Assembly (NCBI GenBank): GCA_963845185.1
Contig: CAWJRG010000009.1
Span: forward strand, 536,743 to 600,742
DNA: 64,000 nucleotides
Direction: 5' to 3'
DNA from: an uncultured bacterium
GTDB taxonomy: Bacteria; Oederibacteriota; PGYV01; CAWJRG01
The notes beneath the pieces were generated by a model. The model searched no databases. It saw nothing but the letters and a program-made list of their open reading frames with translations, and had not been told where the DNA came from. A program made the position numbers and the translations under genes. Numbering within the stretch: the stretch's first letter is position 1; the number at the start of each line of letters is the position of its first letter. This document shows positions 1 to 10,100 of the stretch, one piece after another.

Positions 1-58
1 TGCGAACGACATAATCCGGCATTATGAAGACAGGACAAAACTTATATAAGGCAAGGCA

Positions 59-1516
59 ATGATAGTGGCCATGAGCAGACGCATAGCAGTGGCGCTCTAT
101 GACGAAATAATAAAAATCAGGCCGCAGTGGCATTCGGAGGAATTAACAAAAGGGGCAATTAAGGTTGTTATGACGTCTTCGTCGTCGGACAAACTTCAAT
201 ATGACCCCGAAGACCCGGAAGGGCTCGTAATACCCGCTTATCACAGAACTGATAAAAAAGACAGGACTTTGCTCGCGGAAAGAATAAAAGACCCTGACGA
301 CCCTTTGAAAATTGTTATAGTAAGGGATATGTGGCTCACGGGTTTTGACGTGCCGTGCCTGCATACAATGTACATAGACAAGCTCATGAAAGGCCATACT
401 TTAATGCAGGCAATAGCAAGGGTAAACAGGGTATTTAAAGACAAGCCCGGCGGGCTTATTGTGGACTACATAGGCATAGGCAATGCCCTGAAAGAGGCCC
501 TGTCGTTTTATTCCGGCGCAGGAGGCAAAGGCAGGCCGGCAGAGACGGAAGAAAAGGCCGTGGGAATGCTGCTGGAAAAAATCGAGGTTGTGAGGCAGAT
601 GTTTCACGGCATTAATATTAAAAAGTTTTTTACGTCCTCGACATCCGAAAAATTATCCATCATATTGCAGGCCGAGGAGCATATTTTAGGGCTTGAAAAG
701 GGCAAGGAGAGATTCATAAGGGAATCCACAATACTATCGAGAGTTTACGCTATAGCAGGAACAAATGAAACCGCGCTGGATTTGAGGGATGAGGTAGCTC
801 TTTACCAGGCAATCAGGGCAAGGTTTCTTAAGTTCGAAGGCACAGATGAGGAGCAAAAAAACAGGAATTATGAATCGGCAATAAAGCAGATTATAAACGA
901 GGCGGTCGAGTCAACCGAAGTAATGGATATATTTGAGGCTGCCGGGATAAAAAGGCCTGAAATATCCCTGCTGTCGGACGAATTTTTGCAGGAAGTAAAA
1001 GACATGCAGCATAAGAACCTGGCTTTTGAGCTTCTAAAAAAAATACTCAATGATGAAATCAATGTCAGGGTAAAATTCAATATCACAGAAAGCAAAAGGC
1101 TGCTTGTAATGCTGGAAAACGCGATTAAAAAATACCAGAATAATTTACTTACAACAGCGGAAATAATAGAGGAAATGATAAAGATAGCCAAAGAAATAAA
1201 AGACATGGACGGGTGCGCTGAAAAACTTAATCTTTCAAAAGAGGAGTTTGCTTTTTACTCTGCGCTCGAGACAAACGACAGCGCGGTCAAAGTACTCGGT
1301 GATGATACGCTCAGGACAATAGCGAGGGAAATAGCGGAAAAGGTGAGGCAGAACGCGACAATAGACTGGACGATGAAAGAAAGCGCAAGGGCGAAGATAA
1401 TGGTTCTCGTAAAGCGCACTTTGAATAAATACGGCTATCCGCCGGATAAACAGCAAAAGGCCGTGGATATAGTACTGAAGCAGGCTGAAGTCATGGCGGA
1501 TTTCTGGACGAAATAA
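59..1516 (+). pseudogene. hsdR: Type I restriction enzyme R subunit (HsdR), C-terminal fragment only (helicase C-domain plus C-terminal helical region)
   Basis: The translation carries SF2 helicase motif VI (QAIARVNR) and HsdR-like flanking sequence ([15 protein letters not shown]). The ORF starts at an internal Met. All three forward frames contain stop codons within nt 1-58, so no N-terminal nuclease/motor half is contiguous in this window. Confidence 0.6.
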
Positions 1517-1534
1517 AATAAACAGGTAAAAGAA

Positions 1535-2233
1535 ATGAAAGAAAATAATCTAAAAAAAATAACAAAGCCATCCTTGTGGGATGCCGGACATGCTGTAATA
1601 ACCGGTATCCTGCCGCCTGTTGCCGCTCAGTTTTTTGGACTTATAGTTGCTCCACCAATTTCAAAACGAAGAGATGAATTTTTAGCAGGATTATATGAAG
1701 ACATAATGAAATTAAAAAAACAAATTAAAAGTTTCGACGAGAAGAAGCTGGAAAATAACGAGCTATTTCAAACAATGGTATTTAATGCCGCGAGGATCGC
1801 CATTTCTACACACCAAAAAGAAAAAATTGAAGCGCTAAAAAATGCCGTTTTAAACTCTATAATTGAGCCTGAAATTAATGAAAGCGTACAACTGCTTTTT
1901 TTAAACTATATTGATCGTTTGTTGCCGATTCATTTAATGTTACTCGATTTTTTTAAAAAACCGTATGACTATTGTCTGAATAAGAAAGTTGATATGCGCT
2001 TGCTTTCTAATGCTTCGATTTGGACTCTCTTAAATAAAGCTATTCCTGGCATTGAAAGATCCTTGCTTATGCAAATAATTAATGATCTTTATAACTATGG
2101 CTTTATTACTGTCTCTGGTTCAAATATTGAAGCTGCGATAGAGCCATTTTTTAGAGCGATTTATAACGAATGCACAACACCATTAGGAAATAGTTTTATT
2201 AAATTTATAACTTCCCCAATAAAAGAAAGTTAA
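1535..2233 (+). CDS. Hypothetical all-alpha protein, possibly associated with the R-M remnant
   Basis: 232-aa ORF starting 18 nt after the hsdR fragment stop. I recognise no motif. Its position suggests co-transcription with the R-M remnant. Confidence 0.45.
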   Translation: MKENNLKKITKPSLWDAGHAVITGILPPVAAQFFGLIVAPPISKRRDEFLAGLYEDIMKLKKQIKSFDEKKLENNELFQTMVFNAARIAISTHQKEKIEALKNAVLNSIIEPEINESVQLLFLNYIDRLLPIHLMLLDFFKKPYDYCLNKKVDMRLLSNASIWTLLNKAIPGIERSLLMQIINDLYNYGFITVSGSNIEAAIEPFFRAIYNECTTPLGNSFIKFITSPIKES

Positions 2234-2326
2234 ATCAATACCTGCAATTTAGTAACGAAGTTTTTCGGCTTAATGGCGCTGCGCAATTCGGGGGATTCAC
2301 TAACTTGTAGGCAAATAATTATTATA

Positions 2327-2454
2327 AGCCCGGGCTTGACCTCCACTATTTTGTAGAGATAACCCTCGGGGCTTTCTAGCTCTTAGACGCCCCTTAGGGG
2401 CGTCTCTACAACGACAAGAATGAGCGGCAGAAAGCCGCCGCTCTACAACAACAA
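2327..2454. repeat. Cluster of GC-rich palindromic hairpins in an AT-rich intergenic region, with 14-nt direct repeats
   Basis: Palindrome agcccgggct at 2327-2336. Hairpin agacgcccc-tta-ggggcgtct at 2385-2405. Hairpin gagcggc-agaaa-gccgctc at 2422-2443, flanked by direct repeats ctctacaacgacaa (2404-2417) and ctctacaacaacaa (2441-2454). Confidence 0.6.
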
Positions 2455-2551
2455 ATAAAGGCTGGAGCTCAAACGAACCACTATTATAAAAACGATTGAT
2501 ATGGCGTTGATGGGATTTGGAAAACCAAAAATAATATGATATAATTCTTGT

Positions 2552-5350
2552 ATGAAAAAAATATCAATCCTTATACTTGCAGCGGTTTTATTCGGCTTCA
2601 CATACCTGCACCCTGCATATTATGACATCCGCCTGAATTCCCTTGGCTTTCTCCCGACAGGCGACAAGAAAGCTTCCATTGACGTTTCCTGCACAACATT
2701 TAACCTGGTCAGGGCATCGGACGGCACAGCCGTCAGCACAGGCACAGTGAGCGGACCTTTTGCGGCAGCGGACAGCGGCGAGACAATATGGATCGCGGAT
2801 TTTTCATCATACACAACGCCGGGCACTTATTTTTTAAGCGTCCCGGGAGTCGGGAACTCCATTGATTTTAATATTGCGGACGGCATTTATAACAACGCTT
2901 TTTACATGGCAATGAAGGCGCTTTATTTGGCCCGCTGCGGCACGGCAGTATCGTATACATATCCTGCGGACAGCAACACGTACGCGCACGGTTTATGCCA
3001 TGACAACGACGCGTACCTTGACAATGTGGGAGGGCCGGCGGGCGCGACAAAAACCTCTAAGGAAGGATGGCACGACGCAGGCGATTATAACAAATACATT
3101 GTCGACGCAGGCGAGACGCTCGGCATGTTGTTCATCGGCTGGGAGCAGTTCCAGAATAAGATAAGCCAGATACCGTTAAACCTGCCGGTGACTGCTGCGG
3201 GATACCCTGAATACCTTGAGGAAATAAAATGGGAGACAGACTGGTTTTTGACCATGCAAACAGCAAACGGTGGGGTGTACGACAAAGTAAGCGAGGTTAC
3301 TTTCTGCGGTTTTATCATGCCTGAGGCAAACACGGTCAACAGGTATTTCTGGGGATACAATAACATCGGCACGGTTGAAACGGCAATATTCTGCGCAACA
3401 ATGGCCATGGCATCAAGGATTTTTGCGCCTTATGACTCAGCGTATTCTACAACTTGCCTTAATGAGGCTAATGCAGCGTACAGCTACCTTATAAATAATC
3501 CGGTCGATACAGTGGCAAACGTTTCCGGCTGCGGCACAGGCAATGCCACAAGCAGCGACCCGGAACAGGCCAGGCTGTGGGCAGCGGCAGAGATGTGGGA
3601 GACCACAGGGAACAGCGCAATGCTGACGGATTTTGAGACAAGGGCAGCCAGCTACGCTCCAAACTACGTTGACGTTGATTTTGACTGGGAAGGCGACAAA
3701 AACCTGGGCATGTACACATACGCGCTGTCAGCCAAAGCAGGCAGGAACCCTGCGCTGCTCGCCGCCATACAAAACAACATCATATACGACGCAAACAGCA
3801 TAACAACAACGACAGCAAGCCATCCTTACGGACGGCCGCTCGGCACGAATTATTACTGGGGCTGCAACGGCAGCAACGCAAGGACCTCGATGCTGCTGCA
3901 GATAGCAAACCAGCTGTCGCCCAGCACAAATTATATCAACGGAGTGATTGACGCAGTTTCGTATTTATACGGAAGGAACACGCACGACAGGTCGTATGTG
4001 ACAGGGGTAGGGATTTACGCGCCCATGAACCCGCACCACAGGCCGTCAGGTTCAGACGGAATAGTAAACCCCTGGCCCGGGTACCTTGTCGGAGGCTCAG
4101 CAGGCAATAACCAGCAGGACCCGGTATTGACGCTTACGCCGACAGGATTGCCGCCGGCTGAATACTGGGCGGACCAGCAAAATTCCTGGTCGTCGAATGA
4201 AGTATGCCTGAACTGGCAGGGCGCCCTTGTGTACGCGCTCAGCGGGTGCATAGGGAACGCAGGCCCCAGTCCTACGCCCACGCCTGCTGCAGTGCCTGCC
4301 TCATGCGGCACAGGCATAACAATAGACGGAAACCTGAACGACGCGGCATGGCAGACAGGCGACTGGGCGTCGTTTAACAGGCTTGTGTCGGGCTTGGACC
4401 CAAACGGCACGAGCGCGAAGTTCAAGGTGAGATGGGACAACAACTACCTTTATGTAGCTGTCGCGGTTTCGACAAGCTCACCGCATAATGACTCGGTAAA
4501 TTATTTCGACGACGACTCGGTCGAGATATACCTTGATATGTTTCACGACAAGTCAGCGGCATATAACCCGGGAGCCTTGAATGATTTTGAGTTTTCCATG
4601 CGGTATAACGACCAGACAATAAGGGGGCAATATACCACGGGCGTGCTGGGGCACACGGCCGCTACGCCTGACGGCTACGCAGTGGAGATGGCGTTTCCGT
4701 GGACAACGCTGAACGCCACGCCTTTGGCCGGAGCAATTTACGGTTTTGATGTGGGAATAAACGTAAATCCAAACGGAGGCACGCCGCGCGACGGGGTGCT
4801 CATGTGGCACGGGGACTCAAACAACTGGCAAGACACAAGCAAATTCGGCGATATGCAGCTGGGCCTGGCATGCGGTTCATCGCCTACTTATACAATATCA
4901 CCTACAGCCACGCAAACAGTGAGTGCCACGTGCACCGTGCCAGGCGCCACGTTAACTGCAACTGCTTTTGAAACAAATACTTTAACGCCGACGCCTGCAA
5001 TCACGGCTACGCCAACCAGTGTGACTTCCGGGAACCTGGAGATTGGCCCGATAAAGCCATATCCAAACCCGTACAATCCTGCGTTAGAGCCTTTAAAAAT
5101 CCGGGTTAACATGACCCCCACTGATATAGACAGCATAAAGCTGGAGATATATACAATGGCATACAGGCTAATAAAGGAAAAGACATTTGAGGGCACGGAA
5201 ATGGAACAAGTCGGGGACGGGGTTATTTTAACCTGTGAAAATAATGAACTCAGCGGACTCAGCTCAGGGACATATTATTATTTTGTAGTTGCTGAAAAAG
5301 ACGGAGCCAAGGCAAGATCCAGGGCAGACACGATTATCATATTAAGATAG
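2552..5350 (+). CDS. Secreted GH9 endoglucanase: CelD-type N-terminal Ig-like domain, GH9 catalytic domain, Pro/Thr linker, CBM9-like module, Thr-rich linker, T9SS/FlgD-Ig-like C-terminal sorting domain
   Basis: Signal peptide present. GH9 signature GWHDAGDYNKY and C-terminal NEVCLNWQGALVYAL. CBM9-like segment (DGNLNDAAWQ...YLYVAV...DSVEIYLD). C-terminal tail PYPNPYNP...IYTMAYRLI...GTYYYFVV...IIILR. Confidence 0.85.
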   Translation: MKKISILILAAVLFGFTYLHPAYYDIRLNSLGFLPTGDKKASIDVSCTTFNLVRASDGTAVSTGTVSGPFAAADSGETIWIADFSSYTTPGTYFLSVPGVGNSIDFNIADGIYNNAFYMAMKALYLARCGTAVSYTYPADSNTYAHGLCHDNDAYLDNVGGPAGATKTSKEGWHDAGDYNKYIVDAGETLGMLFIGWEQFQNKISQIPLNLPVTAAGYPEYLEEIKWETDWFLTMQTANGGVYDKVSEVTFCGFIMPEANTVNRYFWGYNNIGTVETAIFCATMAMASRIFAPYDSAYSTTCLNEANAAYSYLINNPVDTVANVSGCGTGNATSSDPEQARLWAAAEMWETTGNSAMLTDFETRAASYAPNYVDVDFDWEGDKNLGMYTYALSAKAGRNPALLAAIQNNIIYDANSITTTTASHPYGRPLGTNYYWGCNGSNARTSMLLQIANQLSPSTNYINGVIDAVSYLYGRNTHDRSYVTGVGIYAPMNPHHRPSGSDGIVNPWPGYLVGGSAGNNQQDPVLTLTPTGLPPAEYWADQQNSWSSNEVCLNWQGALVYALSGCIGNAGPSPTPTPAAVPASCGTGITIDGNLNDAAWQTGDWASFNRLVSGLDPNGTSAKFKVRWDNNYLYVAVAVSTSSPHNDSVNYFDDDSVEIYLDMFHDKSAAYNPGALNDFEFSMRYNDQTIRGQYTTGVLGHTAATPDGYAVEMAFPWTTLNATPLAGAIYGFDVGINVNPNGGTPRDGVLMWHGDSNNWQDTSKFGDMQLGLACGSSPTYTISPTATQTVSATCTVPGATLTATAFETNTLTPTPAITATPTSVTSGNLEIGPIKPYPNPYNPALEPLKIRVNMTPTDIDSIKLEIYTMAYRLIKEKTFEGTEMEQVGDGVILTCENNELSGLSSGTYYYFVVAEKDGAKARSRADTIIILR

Positions 5351-5436
5351 TTTAAAAAATTTGAAAATCCCGGAAAAGGAGCTTATTATTTTATCGCTCT
5401 TTTTCACTTTCTCATATTGAATTTGTATTTTATATC

Positions 5437-5465
5437 TTGAAACTTTTAATAGTTTGTGGTATACT
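5437..5465 (+). promoter_or_regulatory. Sigma70-type promoter for the GH5 gene (TTGAAA-17-TATACT, TG-extended -10)
   Basis: -35 ttgaaa at 5437-5442, 17-nt spacer, tg-g-tatact at 5457-5465. Sits about 90 nt upstream of the ATG at 5555. Confidence 0.6.
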
Positions 5466-5554
5466 TTAGCCAGATATTAATAAAAACGCTTTCGCTTGGT
5501 GATTTAAACGGTGAATTAGAAAAGTAAAATGCAATCAAAGTCCAGGGGCGTGTT

Positions 5555-7198
5555 ATGGCAACAAAGAAAACTTCAGTACCAATAAATTCAAATATTATTC
5601 CAATTATATTATTCTGTTTATTCTTATCAATTTCATCTTACCTGTCCGCAGCACCGGCCCAGCTCCAGATTTCAGGGACTCATTTTGTCACTGTAAGCAA
5701 CGGCTGCCAGATGAGACTGGTGGGCGTTGATGTGGACGCTTTGGAATGGTCTCCAAACGGTTATGGACCGCCGAGCGGGGCAAACGGCGACATGACGCAA
5801 TCTGTTACCGCTGCAGTAAACACCTGGAAAGCGAATATTGTGAGAATACCGGTAAGCCAGGATTTCTGGTTCGGTTACGGCAATTCGCACGGTACGCCGA
5901 CAAGCGCGGCAGCATACAGGACCCTGGTCGATAATGTAGTGACAGCCGCGTCAAATCTTAATTGCTATGTTGAGCTGGATTTACACTGGTCAGGTACCGG
6001 AACGTGGGGAACTGCAGCGCAGCAGGACAGCATGCCCGACAACAATTCCATAGCATTCTGGCAGGATGCAGCAACAAGGTACGCGAATAACCCGGCTGTA
6101 ATGTTCGACCTGTATAATGAGCCATTTCCAACCGCATGGAGTACATGGAAGAATGGTGGGACAAGTAACGAGGGTTTCACTTGCCCGGGATTCCAAACAC
6201 TGGTTCAGACTGTGCGGGATAAAGGCGCGAAAAATGTAATTATGGTCGGCGGCCTTGGATATTCATGGGACATGACAGGAATTTCAAGCAATGCTTTAAC
6301 CGATAAAAACACAGGCAACACCTTAACCGGTTACGGCATAGCGTATGAAGCCCACATATACGACAATAAAGGTGGAACAACCGAGTCTGATAAAATAAAT
6401 TTATGGAACACAAACGTAACTGTAGCGATAACAGCAGGGTATTGCGTAATAATATCGGAATTTGGGGCAGCCAGCGGCGAGGACAACAGCGGTTGCACGC
6501 CTTTTGAGTCTGACCTCATTTCATGGATAAACGGAAACAACACTGATAGTTACGTATACAGCGCAATGGCATGGGACTTTAATACGCAGGCAGCACCGTG
6601 CCTTATATCGGATTGGAACTTTACAGCTACAACGTGTCATGGAGCACAGGTGAAAAGCTGGCTGGCAGCGGTGACGCCTCCGAACTGCGGCGGCGGCTCC
6701 ACCCCAACAAACACACCCATTTTAACGCGTACTTTCACGCCTACTTTCACACGCACACCAATGCCTACCAGCACCATAACTTTCACGCCCACGCCCATGC
6801 CTGCAATGTCGCTGACAAAAACCGTAAATAAAGCTTCTCTTACGCTTGGAGACACGGTCACATTTACGCTTTCTTACCAGAATACAGGTTCTGTTGCAGC
6901 ACCTAATGTGCCGTTATGGGACACCATACCGGGCTGTGTTTCGTATATAGGCAGCAATCCTGCCGCGACGCAGAATGGGAGCCTGCTCAGCTGGAACCTG
7001 GGAAACATTAATTCGGGGAGCAACGGAAGCGTAACATGGTGGGGCGTGGTCACCTGCTATTCATATAACCCGCTTTTTAACAAAATGTTTTATTTTGCTT
7101 ATTATGACAAAAAGTTTTTTACGCACATATACAATTATTATTATGACTTTGCATGGGCTGACGGCCCGTATAAAAAGAAATTGCAGGAGATGGAGTAA
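5555..7198 (+). CDS. Secreted GH5 cellulase with Pro/Thr linker and a C-terminal DUF11-like conserved-repeat domain
   Basis: Signal peptide present. GH5 acid/base motif FDLYNEP and nucleophile region ISEFG. PT-rich linker (PTNTPILTRTFTPTFTRTPMPT). DUF11-like segment LTKTVNKASLTLGDTVTFTLSYQNTG. The 3' end overlaps the next ORF's upstream extension. Confidence 0.8.
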   Translation: MATKKTSVPINSNIIPIILFCLFLSISSYLSAAPAQLQISGTHFVTVSNGCQMRLVGVDVDALEWSPNGYGPPSGANGDMTQSVTAAVNTWKANIVRIPVSQDFWFGYGNSHGTPTSAAAYRTLVDNVVTAASNLNCYVELDLHWSGTGTWGTAAQQDSMPDNNSIAFWQDAATRYANNPAVMFDLYNEPFPTAWSTWKNGGTSNEGFTCPGFQTLVQTVRDKGAKNVIMVGGLGYSWDMTGISSNALTDKNTGNTLTGYGIAYEAHIYDNKGGTTESDKINLWNTNVTVAITAGYCVIISEFGAASGEDNSGCTPFESDLISWINGNNTDSYVYSAMAWDFNTQAAPCLISDWNFTATTCHGAQVKSWLAAVTPPNCGGGSTPTNTPILTRTFTPTFTRTPMPTSTITFTPTPMPAMSLTKTVNKASLTLGDTVTFTLSYQNTGSVAAPNVPLWDTIPGCVSYIGSNPAATQNGSLLSWNLGNINSGSNGSVTWWGVVTCYSYNPLFNKMFYFAYYDKKFFTHIYNYYYDFAWADGPYKKKLQEME

Positions 7199-7199
7199 A

Positions 7200-10100
7200 A
7201 TGCCAAAGGCTAGGGCAAAAGAAAAACGAAGCAGAGAAGGGGCGTGTAAAAATAATCTGATAATATTTTTTATTTTTTACGCAATTATACTAATGCCTTC
7301 CATGGCTTTTGCTACGACAACTGTCCAGAACATGGCAGTCTCACCGGGCACTGTATCCGCAGGCCAGAATGTAACGATAACATTTTCATTTATGAGCACA
7401 AATACAGGCTGTAAAATATCATATTTCGCGGCTTTATCAAACCAGTGCGCCCTGCAAAACGCGGGTACAGCGGGCCAGTCCATACTTGTTTCAGAATCAG
7501 GCATGGATGTATTAAACACAAGCGTTAACGGCGGCAGGACCAGCCTGTGCAACGGGGACAATACCTATCACGCTACAACAGAAACCACGTGCGGCATGGA
7601 AACAGGCGGGGGGCCTATTTACATGACCGTGCCGTCAAGCTGGGCAAACGGCACATATTACGCGATAGTTGCGGTCAGGGACTGCAATATATACATGAAC
7701 CCGGCATGCTGCTCAAATATGGACAACCAGTATTGCGTGTCATTTAATGTGGGTGTGGCGGGTTCGCCGACAAATACGCCCTTGCCGACGAGGACAACGA
7801 CGCCCACGCCCGTGCCTGTCGGGGTTATAGTCAATGTGGCGCAGATAGGTTTTGGCAATTCCAGCAGCGTTTCTTTTAATGTTTTATCGCCAACGCAGAC
7901 AAGCACGCAGCAGTCAAACCCGACTTTTACACGGACCTCAACAATGACAAATACAAAGACAAGCACACCATCTTTTACATTTACATGCACAAATACATTC
8001 ACTCCAACAAACACATTTACCGTAACAGGCACAAATACGCCGCAGAACACGGTTACATTAACCGCTACAGGCACAAGCACGGCATTGCCTACAGCTACAA
8101 ATACGGCAACGCCTACACTTTCGGCGACAAGGACAAATACTGTGACCCCGACATATACGGCTACGGCGACAAATTCGCAATTGCCTACAGCTACGCGCAC
8201 AAATACACCGACATATACAGTTACCTTAACGTGGACAAGCACGTTGCAGAACACGGTTACATTAACCGCTACAGGCACAAGCACGCCATTGCCTACAGCT
8301 ACAAATACGGCAACACCTACACTGTCAGCGACAAGGACAAATACTGTTACGCCTACATTTACCAGTACAACTACCGTGACTTATACAAATACCCTGACAT
8401 GGACAAACACGCCACAAAATACAGCAACATTAACAGCTACAGGAACAAATACGTTATTGCCGACAGGAACAAACACACAATCTCCTTCACCTTCGGCTAC
8501 GGTGAGCATGACAGCTACGAGGACGAGCACAGCGACAAATACGCCGACATATACAGCCACCCTGACATGGACAAACACACCACAGAACACAATAACTTTG
8601 ACAGCTACAGGAACAAATACACCATCAGCTACAGCTACATTTACAGCAACAAAGACAAGCACAGCAACAAATACACCGACATATACAGTTACCTTAACGT
8701 GGACAAACACACCACAGAACACGGTGACTTTAACCGGGACAGAAACGAATACACCCTCAGCTACAGCTACATTTACAGCGACAAGAACAAATACATTGAC
8801 ATATACGGCTACGATGACGTGGACCAACACACTGCAGAATACAATAACTTTAACAGTTACAGGAACGGATACATCCTCAGTTACGCCTACGTTTACGGTG
8901 ACAAAAACAAACACTGCATCTAATACACCGACATATACATGTACAATGACAGGCACAAGTACGGTGACGTTGACATTTACACTGACAAATACGCCTTCAT
9001 TAACAGTAACAGCAACTTTCACAAGAACAGTTACACCGACATTTACCAGTTCACCTGTGGTATCACCTACACCCACATTTACGAATATAATATTCACATG
9101 GACAATAACGCAAACATTTACCATATCCCCGACAATTACAATGACAAACACGTTATTGCCCACAGGAACAAACACAGCAACGCCTTCATTAACGGCGACA
9201 AGGTCAAATACGGCAACACCAACATTCACTTCGACACCCACGGCAACATATACAGTCACCCTGACGTGGACAAACACACCGCAGAACACGGCAACTTTAA
9301 CTGAGACAAGCACAAATACCCAGCTGCCAACAGGGACAAATACAGCAACGCCTTCATTAACGGCAACAAGGTCGAGCACGGCAACACCGACTTTAACTGT
9401 AACATCTACGGCGACGTATTCAGTCACCCTTACATTGACAAATACGCCGCAGAACACAGCGACTTTTACAGCAACAGAAACAAACACATCTTCTGCGTCG
9501 CCTACATTTACAATGACAAGGACAAATACTGCCACAAATACCCAGACAAACACACCTTCATTTACAACAACACTGACTTTTACAAGAACAGTTACATTGA
9601 CATTTACCAGTTCACCCGCGGTATCACCCACACCCACATTTACGAACATAATATTCACATGGACAATAACGCAAACATTTACAATATCCCCGACAATTAC
9701 CATGACAAACACGCCGATCCCGACAGAAACAAATACAGAGACGCCTACTTTTACAGCAACACGGACAAACACAGCAACGATGACTTTAACTACGACATTG
9801 ACGCAGACATATACAATTACTTTAACGTGGACAAGCACAGCGCTAGATACTGCTACTTCAACGGAAACAGGCACAAATACAATATTGCCAACATGGACAA
9901 GCACAGCGACATTAACGTTCACAGATACAAGGACATACACTGCGACAATTACGCCGACATATTCAGCAACATTGACCTGGACAAACACGCCGCAGAACAC
10001 AACAACCTTAACTGTTACTGCTACAAATAGCTGCGCCTGTACAGGGACTCCGACTTATACAGCAACTATTTTTACGCCTACAATTACTCCTACATATACA

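Noticed and set aside
7095-7199. Upstream in-frame extension of the giant protein ORF (start at 7095).
   Set aside because: It overlaps the GH5 gene by 104 nt and has no RBS. The ATG at 7200 has a GGAG RBS and is followed by a signal peptide.
7985-10030. Plus-strand alternative-frame ORFs (312, 121 and 123 aa) rich in H/K/Y/N.
   Set aside because: They are out-of-frame readings of the same repeat DNA, fully nested inside the Thr-rich protein gene.
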